Below, piece after piece: positions 8,599-16,831 of a stretch of DNA of 51,818 nt; positions within the stretch are counted from its first letter, which is position 1; every line of letters begins with the position of its first letter. This stretch comes from a virus. Taxonomy: Duplodnaviria > Caudoviricetes. The stretch lies in IMG/VR virus record IMGVR_UViG_3300011116_000764, positions 1-51,818 of that record, one strand, 5' to 3'. The notes below the pieces were generated by a model. The model worked only from the letters and a program-made list of their open reading frames with translations, was not told where the DNA came from and ran no database searches. Position numbers and translations under genes: made by a program.

Positions 8599-11236
8599 CA
8601 ACGACACTCAATGGACATGGAACTTCACTGGGCCAACGACCATGTCAAAGGCCCAGTCTCGCCCCTCCACGCCCCGCGAGATTGCATGGGAATTGACCGG
8701 CATTGACGGCAACACGCCCGGCTGCCTGCGCACTCACCCTTCGTTCAAGAACATCTCCACGTTCACGGCCGCCGGTACCCTTGTCAACTTCTTCCCCATC
8801 ACCGTCATCTACAACGCCACGACCTACTACGTCGGCTACGTTGTGGTGCGCGAGCAGTCGGGCACGACCTACTTTGACTTCAACCTGAGCTCCAACGGAT
8901 CCACCGTCACCTCCATCACGAGTGTGCACACGGTAGCGGCCACGGGTCTTGAGGTGGACATCCAGTCGTACGGCCGTTACGTCTACATCTACATCCGCGG
9001 GTACCCCGCGCAGGTGGTGTACGTTGCCTCCGGCACCCCCACGCTGACCAAGCTTCCCGCAGGTCCCGGTCTTGTGCCCACTGTGGAAACCCAGCTTGAC
9101 ACCGGCACCTCAGCCGTCGTTGCCGCCCCCTGCGGCGTTGCCAGCGCTACTGTGACAAGCGGTGGAACTGGGTACACGTCTGCTCCCACCGTAACTTTTG
9201 CCGATCCTCCGAGTGTTCCCCCTGGTCGCACAGCACGTGGTTACGCAGTGATTTCTGCTGGCGTTGTTACTAGCATTGTGATTACCGACCAAGGTTCAGG
9301 TTATCTCAACACAAGCCCCCCAGGAATTACTTTTACTGGCAGCAACACTACACCTGCAACTGCTACCGCTGTTCTTAACCCAGGCACAGCAACGGCATCT
9401 ACTACCGGCCGTCTTGCAGTCATGGTGGACAAGCGTGGCACCACGGGCAAGACGCTGTACAAGTCAGGTAGCTACGGATTTGCCGTGCAGTTCCTGGACT
9501 CCACCACGGGACGCAAGAGTCAGATCTCCGAGATTGCCTACCTGGATGTGCCCAAGAATGGCACCTCTGACCAGAGTCTGCCCATCATGGTGCGTGTGTG
9601 GTTCCCCTCCTACTACACCGGCGGCGCATGGGTGCGTGGCGTGGGCAGCACTGCGGGCGTTTATGACAAGGCGTTGATCTACCGTACCGTCAATCAAGGC
9701 TCGGGTGGCACGCTCTACGGCAGTGGCCCTCTGCACTTGGACAGCATCATCACGGCCCCTGCAAGCACTGCCACGGTTACCCCTGATGGCGTGAACCTGC
9801 GTGTGAGCGACACCCAGTTGGTGTATCAGGACACGTTTGCTGGTCGTACCCGGTCTGACAATGTCCCCCCACAAGGTGGTGTGGCTCAGTTCCTGGGGTC
9901 AACCCTGTTTGTGAGCCGGGTTTTGAATAATACGGCTACGGCTTTGACTGACTCGGTCACGGGTGTCACGCCCCCCAACCCGCCGCCGGGTGTGGGTGAT
10001 CTGCGGTGGAGCACGACCTTGGATGTCCAGCCGGAGAACTTCAGCCAGTTCAGTAGGTGGGTGCCCCAGACTCCAGGTAACGAAGTGATTGCCATGCGTC
10101 GCGTGGGTATGTCCATGCTTGGTTTCTCCACAGACCGTATGTACAAGATCAGCCGCGCCGACTCTTTCATCAAGGTGGAAGAGATGCACGTAGGCTACGG
10201 CGTGGCGGGCAAGGATGCCCTCGAGGCCATTGGCACCATGACATATCTCGTGTCGGGTGCAGGTCTCAAGGCCATCTCCGCAGACGGCCAGTTAGAAGAC
10301 GTGACCAGCCTAGACACCCTGCTGAACGTGGACTGGGCCTCCTCCAAGGCCAACCTGAAGATGGCGTTTGACGCTACCGGCCAGTGCCTCCATATCCTGA
10401 AGCCCTCAGTCAACGGGCCGGATGGTGAGGCTGCGTGTATGTGGTTTGGTACGAACCGAATCACCATGCTGAAGGACCTGCCCTTCAAGCACATGCGCAG
10501 CGGCAACTGGATTGTGAGCAGCAAGAACGTCCGCCGATCCTTGTTTGTGAAGCGCCACAACGGCTCGGGAACCTACGGCGTGTACATGGTGGATTACGAA
10601 CGGACCCTGAACGGTACCAACCTTTGTGGGGGGACCGCCCGGAATGTGCAGTTCGGTCCTGTGTCCCCACCCGGCCCTCTTCCTGCCCCACCTCTTAGCC
10701 CTACGGTGTATGAGTTTGACTGTGCTGGCTACAAACTTGATGGCACCATGACCCGCACTACGGTGGCCGACATGTCCGATGCAGGAGCTGCCGAAAACTA
10801 CGAGAGCTCCAATTGGAGCGTGGCACCTATCCTTGTGCGATGGGTCGGCGGCAACATTGGGTTTCAGATGCAGCCGGATCAGCCAGAGTTCAAGGACTTC
10901 TTCCGCCAGAAGCAGGTCACCAATGCAGCCGCCTACGTGGAACTCATTAATGGTACGTTTGAGACAGACTTTACTCAATCGTGGTGCGCTGAGGTCTACG
11001 AGGGAACCTCTGACGTACCTGTTTATACAGCCACCCCGGTCAACCAAAGCGGCACAAAGGTGAGCACGGTCGGCTATGTGGGCAATGAAATGCCAAGGGC
11101 CCCGTTTGGACAGCACGGTGTGATGGGGGCCTCGTTGAGCCCGTCGTTTGTGTTCCCGGTCTGCGGCGTGGACATCAAGCTGCTTGCATTCTCGCTGACT
11201 GGACGGATACTTGATACACAGAGGAGACGAGTCTAA
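8591..11236 (+). CDS. Putative tail nozzle / tubular protein B (packaged-DNA stabilisation type)
   Basis: 881 aa, beta-rich; LRWS...PENF and propeller-like repeats; GGTGYTSAPTVTF virion repeat insert. Confidence 0.6.
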   Translation: MADNDTQWTWNFTGPTTMSKAQSRPSTPREIAWELTGIDGNTPGCLRTHPSFKNISTFTAAGTLVNFFPITVIYNATTYYVGYVVVREQSGTTYFDFNLSSNGSTVTSITSVHTVAATGLEVDIQSYGRYVYIYIRGYPAQVVYVASGTPTLTKLPAGPGLVPTVETQLDTGTSAVVAAPCGVASATVTSGGTGYTSAPTVTFADPPSVPPGRTARGYAVISAGVVTSIVITDQGSGYLNTSPPGITFTGSNTTPATATAVLNPGTATASTTGRLAVMVDKRGTTGKTLYKSGSYGFAVQFLDSTTGRKSQISEIAYLDVPKNGTSDQSLPIMVRVWFPSYYTGGAWVRGVGSTAGVYDKALIYRTVNQGSGGTLYGSGPLHLDSIITAPASTATVTPDGVNLRVSDTQLVYQDTFAGRTRSDNVPPQGGVAQFLGSTLFVSRVLNNTATALTDSVTGVTPPNPPPGVGDLRWSTTLDVQPENFSQFSRWVPQTPGNEVIAMRRVGMSMLGFSTDRMYKISRADSFIKVEEMHVGYGVAGKDALEAIGTMTYLVSGAGLKAISADGQLEDVTSLDTLLNVDWASSKANLKMAFDATGQCLHILKPSVNGPDGEAACMWFGTNRITMLKDLPFKHMRSGNWIVSSKNVRRSLFVKRHNGSGTYGVYMVDYERTLNGTNLCGGTARNVQFGPVSPPGPLPAPPLSPTVYEFDCAGYKLDGTMTRTTVADMSDAGAAENYESSNWSVAPILVRWVGGNIGFQMQPDQPEFKDFFRQKQVTNAAAYVELINGTFETDFTQSWCAEVYEGTSDVPVYTATPVNQSGTKVSTVGYVGNEMPRAPFGQHGVMGASLSPSFVFPVCGVDIKLLAFSLTGRILDTQRRRV

Positions 11237-12636
11237 TGCCCCCCACCAACAAGCCTGCTAGCACTGGTGCCTTCTCGGCTCCTCCTGGGTTTGAGCCCAT
11301 TGCCTCTTGGAGCAGCAAGAGCGGTACGGCTATGCCTGCAGGTATGTCGTCTTTCATGGGGGGCGCAAACATCCCCAACACCGGGAACCCCACGGCTGAT
11401 TTTCAGCAGCTAATGCAGGGCACTGGCTACACGGTTGGCAACTCACCATCCCTGCAGTTGGCTCAGCAGGGTGCAATGCACGACTGGCTGTCTTTGAATC
11501 AGGCTCAGCAGGACACGGCTAAGCGCAACGCCCAGTTCTTTGACAAGACGATGGCGAGCATGAATGAAAGCCAGAAGCAGTTGTCCACTCCCAGTAAGGC
11601 GTGGGACAAAGCATATGACTTCCAGAAGCAGCTGCAGGATCAGACCACCGCGGACAGGGCTGACTTTGACAAGCAGGGTAAGGCCGCGCAGGCCAAGTAC
11701 GACCGGCAGATGGGCAATGTTGCTGGCATTTACAACGCGGCGGCCAATACGGTCACGGAGGGTCGGGACCGTATCTCTTCTGAGATGGCAGCTGGTATGC
11801 GTCAGAACTATGACCTGCAGCGTGACCAGATGCAGGGGGCCATGGCGGCTCAGGGCATCTCGCAGGATCAGATGGCGGAGGCTGAGCGCGAGAGCAAGTG
11901 GCAGATGGAACGTGGCGTTGGCGCTAACGTGTCCAACATTCAGGCTCAGAGTGCGCAGGCTGTTGCTGCCATCCAGCAGGCAAAGGCTGCAACCATGGCA
12001 AGCATGGCAGGCACTTCGGCCAACCTCAACACTACAGTTATGCAGATGGGTTGGCAGGCTGCAAGTGCCAAGCAGGACGCCATCAAGTTGGGTGCGCAGA
12101 TTGCCTTGGCTAACGCACAGGATGACCAGCAGCGCGCTCAGTTGTCCGCACAGTACGGAATGGCCATGGGCGAATTTGGAGCCTCGTGGCTTGCCAACAA
12201 CCCAATCATGGCCACCATGTTTAGTGGTTTGATTAACCAGCTTGGCACGTTGTCTGCAACTGCAGGTGGCAGCGCTCTGGTAAATAATGCAGCCAATATG
12301 CAGGACCGTGCATACCGCGAACTCCAGAGTGCTCAAGGTAACTTGACCAGTCGTGGGTACGGCAACTACGGTATGAACTTTGACTTTGAGAAGATGATTA
12401 TGAACGGCATGAGTGTGCCCGGAGTGTCACGCGAAGTTCAGGAGTGGGTCCGCCAGAACGGTATGCCCCGCCAGCAAATCCTTGGCGCAGCCGGTGGTGC
12501 AGGTCGCATGGGATACCAAGAAGGCATGGCCCCTCGCGGAATGGAAACCACTGTGGGACAAGACACCTCATATGGACGCGGTGGATTCAACCAGGGTTTA
12601 AACACTGACATTGGATCTTCTCGTCGCAGCAAGTAA
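11236..12636 (+). CDS. Putative internal virion / DNA ejection protein
   Basis: Q/A/M/G-rich helical protein after the tail gene. Confidence 0.55.
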   Translation: MPPTNKPASTGAFSAPPGFEPIASWSSKSGTAMPAGMSSFMGGANIPNTGNPTADFQQLMQGTGYTVGNSPSLQLAQQGAMHDWLSLNQAQQDTAKRNAQFFDKTMASMNESQKQLSTPSKAWDKAYDFQKQLQDQTTADRADFDKQGKAAQAKYDRQMGNVAGIYNAAANTVTEGRDRISSEMAAGMRQNYDLQRDQMQGAMAAQGISQDQMAEAERESKWQMERGVGANVSNIQAQSAQAVAAIQQAKAATMASMAGTSANLNTTVMQMGWQAASAKQDAIKLGAQIALANAQDDQQRAQLSAQYGMAMGEFGASWLANNPIMATMFSGLINQLGTLSATAGGSALVNNAANMQDRAYRELQSAQGNLTSRGYGNYGMNFDFEKMIMNGMSVPGVSREVQEWVRQNGMPRQQILGAAGGAGRMGYQEGMAPRGMETTVGQDTSYGRGGFNQGLNTDIGSSRRSK

Positions 12637-12647
12637 AGGACATCACC

Positions 12648-14462
12648 ATGGCTGACTACACACAAGCAAGTTCCGCATTTGATCCCTCCGCACAGGGCCT
12701 TGCTTATGCCCAACAGCTGTTTGCTTTGCAGCAGGCAATGCAGGGAGGTGGTGGGGGTGGCGGTGGGGGGAACTACGCCAGTGGCGGTGGTAGCGAAACC
12801 AACATTGACCTGACGGGTATGCGCCTGCTCAACGATGAGAAGATGCGTGCCGCTCGTCAGATGGGTGCGTACGGCGCACAGATAGACAAGAAGGCTGCTG
12901 ACGCTGCCCACGCCCGTGAGATGGAACTTCTGCAGATGAAGGAAGCGATGGCCATGGACCGCGCTGACAAGGAGTTTGGTCAGGCGAAGGAACTGGAGGG
13001 CATGAAGTTTGGTCAGGGCATGCAGCTTGAAGACAAGCGCTTTGGCAATGAAATGTCTATTGCTAACCAGAAGAACGTCTTTGAACAAGGCCTTTTGGTC
13101 AAGTCGCAAGAGCATGATCGAAAGATGATGCAGGCTCAGATGGAAGCAAAACAGCAACTTGAAGATGACGCACGGGAGTTTACATTAGCGGCTATGAGGG
13201 CCCCCGCGGAAGCCAAGGCTGACCTTTTTGCCAAGCGTGATGCTGCCCTGCAAAAGTCACAAGAGCTTGACCAAAAGCTTCTTCAGGTTCAGGCTCGTGT
13301 AGCAAAGGACAAAGATGGTTACCAAGCTGATATGGTTCGACGTCGAGAAGAATTGGACAAGCGGCGAACAGCGTACGGCCTTATTGTCAAGCAAGCTGAA
13401 AGTGCTGCTTCGGAAGTAATTCCCACTGCTTTTAGCAACTTGTTGACTACTCATGGTGCTGGCCTTGGTGCTGGTGTGGGGGGTTTGAGTTACATTGGTG
13501 AGGGTGTTTTGCGCATGGGCGAAGCCATGCTTGGTCGCGACAACATCAATGACATGGAAATTGGTGGAGCCATTGACCGTGGGTACTTAAGCCCCCAGGC
13601 ACTGGCGGCTGCACGACAGGTAATGGGCGACCGCCTCAAGAACTTGGACACAACTCAATTTGATTTGAGTGGCAATAAAACGCACGGACCTGACGTGGAG
13701 AATTTGCAGGCGGCCAATACGTTTGCTGCTGATCGAATTTCAGATGTTCTGGTCAAGACCTTGGCGGCTACCGGCCGACAGATGGACCAGACCGCGGTGA
13801 CTGCAGGGGCCAAGCACCTTATTGCAAGCATGCAGATGTTGGATGCGTTGCCTTCCGGGGATAAAAGTCAGGGCGCATCGGCATTTAACGCCATTCGAAA
13901 TGCTGTATCTGATCTTGCAACTACGTTGTACAACGAGCCCGGCCATGAAGCCGAAGTGATTGACGTGTTTCGGACTGCGTTTGCTGAAATGAGCAAGGTT
14001 GGTTTGCAGCACAGTATTGAGTCGGAGCACCCAAAGGGGTTTGTAGGGGTTAAGGAAATCGCCCATGGTGCTTTGTCCTTCTTGGGTCAAAAGGCCAGTG
14101 CATATGGTGCCCTTTTGAAGCAGGCCGGTCATGGTCAGTACAACACTTTGGATACCATGGATTACGTTCTTGGGGCCATAGACAAGGCTGCTGGCAACCC
14201 GCAAGTCATCAAGTCCACCATGGAATCGGCTATGGCAGGCCCGATGGGTCGTCAGTTGGTTGACATGTCTAACCCCCTTGTTGCTGAGATTGCAGAATTG
14301 CTACAGACCAAAACAGACACGGACAAGGCCAAGGCTGATTTGGCTACCGAGGAGAGGTTGATGGGCCCCGACTACAGTCAGGGTGCTCAGGCCAAGGTAA
14401 GGGAAGCGAAGATCTTGGAAGACTTCTTGCGTGCCCAGCGAGAGCGTCGTTCAAAGAAGTAG
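12648..14462 (+). CDS. Putative internal virion protein
   Basis: Helical coiled-coil protein with a poly-Gly linker; position. Confidence 0.55.
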   Translation: MADYTQASSAFDPSAQGLAYAQQLFALQQAMQGGGGGGGGGNYASGGGSETNIDLTGMRLLNDEKMRAARQMGAYGAQIDKKAADAAHAREMELLQMKEAMAMDRADKEFGQAKELEGMKFGQGMQLEDKRFGNEMSIANQKNVFEQGLLVKSQEHDRKMMQAQMEAKQQLEDDAREFTLAAMRAPAEAKADLFAKRDAALQKSQELDQKLLQVQARVAKDKDGYQADMVRRREELDKRRTAYGLIVKQAESAASEVIPTAFSNLLTTHGAGLGAGVGGLSYIGEGVLRMGEAMLGRDNINDMEIGGAIDRGYLSPQALAAARQVMGDRLKNLDTTQFDLSGNKTHGPDVENLQAANTFAADRISDVLVKTLAATGRQMDQTAVTAGAKHLIASMQMLDALPSGDKSQGASAFNAIRNAVSDLATTLYNEPGHEAEVIDVFRTAFAEMSKVGLQHSIESEHPKGFVGVKEIAHGALSFLGQKASAYGALLKQAGHGQYNTLDTMDYVLGAIDKAAGNPQVIKSTMESAMAGPMGRQLVDMSNPLVAEIAELLQTKTDTDKAKADLATEERLMGPDYSQGAQAKVREAKILEDFLRAQRERRSKK

Positions 14463-14468
14463 TACACT
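14463..14468 (+). promoter_or_regulatory. -10 element of putative leaderless promoter
   Basis: TACACT exactly 6 nt before ATG 14475; no SD. Confidence 0.4.
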
Positions 14469-14474
14469 GCGGCC

Positions 14475-14843
14475 ATGTTCAACTGGCGACTTCTCAGTGC
14501 GGACCTGTGCCGAGACCACGCTACCGACGGCTTTGCCCGCCTAGCCCTTGGCCGGTCCTTTGACCTTGAGACCCGGCACGACCTACCCATCCTCAACCTC
14601 ACCCCCCTCCCCCTCGTCGTGGGGGGACCTTACCTGCGGGGGAAGCTTGTGCGGTCCTGGCTCTGGGAGATCCGCCACCTTCGGGCCATGAAGCGACCGT
14701 GGTCCATGCTCGTCTCAAAGTACGATCCAATTGAGCGGGTATCGACTGTCCACATTGGCACTGTTACACTGCCTGAAGTAGCAGAGCGATATGCCCGCGC
14801 GTGGCGTGGCTGCCCTCTGCCCCACGAACCAATGGTGCTTTAG
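14475..14843 (+). CDS. Hypothetical protein
   Basis: Fills the gap exactly between flanking genes. Confidence 0.65.
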   Translation: MFNWRLLSADLCRDHATDGFARLALGRSFDLETRHDLPILNLTPLPLVVGGPYLRGKLVRSWLWEIRHLRAMKRPWSMLVSKYDPIERVSTVHIGTVTLPEVAERYARAWRGCPLPHEPMVL

Positions 14844-14845
14844 CC

Positions 14846-15535
14846 ATGCCTGTACCAATTCTCCCCGCCGTTGTCACTGCCGCCGAGTGGCTGCTCCCCC
14901 TGCTCCTTTCAGAAGGACTTGGTGCAATTACGGGCAGTGGCAAGAATCCAATTCCAACTCCAGGAATTGAAGCCAAGGCTCTTGAAGATCAGTTCAAGAA
15001 AATGTCAAAGCGCTTTGGTCCAGACACAGCTCGTAACTTTTTTCTTAAGCGCTATGGCGAGCGCGCTCTCAAGGGCACTACTGCAAGTGGTGCAGCCTAC
15101 AAGAGTTTGAAGCCCGGGATTGGCAATAAGATGAAGGGCTTTGGCAAGATAGGCCTTGCTGCAACAGCGGGTGCTCTTCCTTTTATCCTTCTCCCTGAAC
15201 TTCTGGGTGCACTGCACGGGGGTGGAGGGGGGATGGAAATGGGTGGTGGTGGGGCGTCCCCCCAGGATTTGCAGTCGTTGCTGGGGGGACTGCAGCAGCA
15301 GGCAGGTGGGTCTTACGCGGACACTCGAGAAGACTATTACAACATGCTGGGCAGTCGCTCTGCGCAGGGCATGGCTGATGCTTACAGTAGTGACATTCCT
15401 ACTGCAGGCATCCGATCTGACCTGCAGACTTTGATCCGCGGATACGAAGACCAGATTGGAAGAATGTCCAGCACTGAGCCCACGAGTCTTGCACAGGCGT
15501 TTGCCATGGAAGGCATCTACCCGAGTCGCATGTAA
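14846..15535 (+). CDS. Putative internal virion protein with hydrophobic segments
   Basis: TAGCCATG coupling; Gly-rich with two hydrophobic stretches. Confidence 0.6.
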   Translation: MPVPILPAVVTAAEWLLPLLLSEGLGAITGSGKNPIPTPGIEAKALEDQFKKMSKRFGPDTARNFFLKRYGERALKGTTASGAAYKSLKPGIGNKMKGFGKIGLAATAGALPFILLPELLGALHGGGGGMEMGGGGASPQDLQSLLGGLQQQAGGSYADTREDYYNMLGSRSAQGMADAYSSDIPTAGIRSDLQTLIRGYEDQIGRMSSTEPTSLAQAFAMEGIYPSRM

Positions 15536-15540
15536 AAACA

Positions 15541-15978
15541 ATGCCCCCCGCAGCAGGTAAAATCAAAAGCATGTTGGGCTCCATCAAGGGGGCCGCTACC
15601 GGCAAGAAGATCTCAAAGGGGTCTGTAGCTCTTGCTGCTTTGGCTGGTCTGTCAGCCAGCAAGTTGATGTACCCCCAAGCAATCAATACGGGTGAGATTC
15701 AGCAGCGGGTTGATGATGCGGTTAACCAGTCGCAGTCGGAAAAGATTGCCAAGCTTCTGGAGCAGGCACGCATGGAGCGGTCCATTCAGAAGAATCAGAT
15801 GCAACTTGCACGACAGACCCCGGACCTCTACACTTCTGTCATGGCTGGGCGACGTGTGCCCAAGGGTTCTGTGGTACTGGGCGGACGGCCCAGGCAGGAC
15901 TTGATGCGAGAACTAGCTGCGTCTATGGACAGTGGACGCTACGCCCCGAAAGACCCACTGTCCGATTTGATGGGATAA
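15541..15978 (+). CDS. Hypothetical virion-associated protein
   Basis: Basic N-terminus, hydrophobic stretch and coiled coil. Confidence 0.65.
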   Translation: MPPAAGKIKSMLGSIKGAATGKKISKGSVALAALAGLSASKLMYPQAINTGEIQQRVDDAVNQSQSEKIAKLLEQARMERSIQKNQMQLARQTPDLYTSVMAGRRVPKGSVVLGGRPRQDLMRELAASMDSGRYAPKDPLSDLMG

Positions 15979-15984
15979 ACCAAA

Positions 15985-16716
15985 ATGCCTGGACAAAACC
16001 CCGTTGTTGCGCAGCACTACCCCGACCACTTCCACACCTTGTCGTTCCCGATTCACGGTAGCACCATTACTCGTGGTGCAATCACCCCGCTGCTGTATGT
16101 GGAAAAGCAGCAGATGGTGGTGGATGATGTGCGACTTCTGACTCGCGTTGGCGTGGCAAGCCTGACCATTGACGTCGGCTTTATGCCCGGCGCTACCCCC
16201 ACTGGTGCAACGTGGACTGGCACTTACACCTGTTCGGTTGCTGCTGGCACCACCGTAACCATCGCCAGCACCACGGGTGGTTCGCTCAGCGTTGGCGACC
16301 GACTGGTTGCGAATGACGGCAGCGCCCTGACCAACATTCCGGTTGGTGCCTACATTGTTTCGTTTGGCACCTACACGGTTACTGCGGGCACCGGCACTGT
16401 CGTTATTAGTGCAGCGGCTACGGGCACCAGCACTGGCGCTTCGGGCACGGCCCTGTCCTTCAAGTCCGTGCTGACTGCTCCCCTGAGCGCTGCTACGGAC
16501 AACACCATGGTGGTTGGTGCAATCAACAGCAACAACAGCACGGTGCCAACCACTGCGCCGAACAGCCTGGAAGTGACTACTCCCAACAACATTGTGCCTG
16601 GTCCTATCACCACGCCGTCGACTTTGGGTGGCGTGCTGGGCCTCGAAGCTCGTGGTGCGGCTACAACCAACTACATCGGAACTGTCCAGATTCGTTACCG
16701 CGATCGTCTGGCCTAA
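15985..16716 (+). CDS. Putative capsid decoration / minor structural protein
   Basis: Thr/Gly/Ala/Val-rich beta protein followed by a terminator. Confidence 0.5.
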   Translation: MPGQNPVVAQHYPDHFHTLSFPIHGSTITRGAITPLLYVEKQQMVVDDVRLLTRVGVASLTIDVGFMPGATPTGATWTGTYTCSVAAGTTVTIASTTGGSLSVGDRLVANDGSALTNIPVGAYIVSFGTYTVTAGTGTVVISAAATGTSTGASGTALSFKSVLTAPLSAATDNTMVVGAINSNNSTVPTTAPNSLEVTTPNNIVPGPITTPSTLGGVLGLEARGAATTNYIGTVQIRYRDRLA

Positions 16717-16725
16717 GGAGTTACC

Positions 16726-16773
16726 ATGAAGAAGAAAGGCCCCAAGAAGGGCGGTTGCGGTTGCGGCCGCTGA
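16726..16773 (+). CDS. 15-aa basic peptide MKKKGPKKGGCGCGR
   Basis: TAAGGAG SD 5 nt before ATG; lies just before the terminator. Confidence 0.5.
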   Translation: MKKKGPKKGGCGCGR

Positions 16774-16792
16774 GGTAAGATCCCCCGGAACG

Positions 16793-16828
16793 GGCCCCGG
16801 ATGACGCGAAAGCTCTCCGGGGCCTTTT
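16793..16828 (+). terminator. Rho-independent terminator
   Basis: GGCCCCGGA...GC-GAAA-GC...TCCGGGGCC followed by TTTT. Confidence 0.75.
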
Positions 16829-16831
16829 CAT

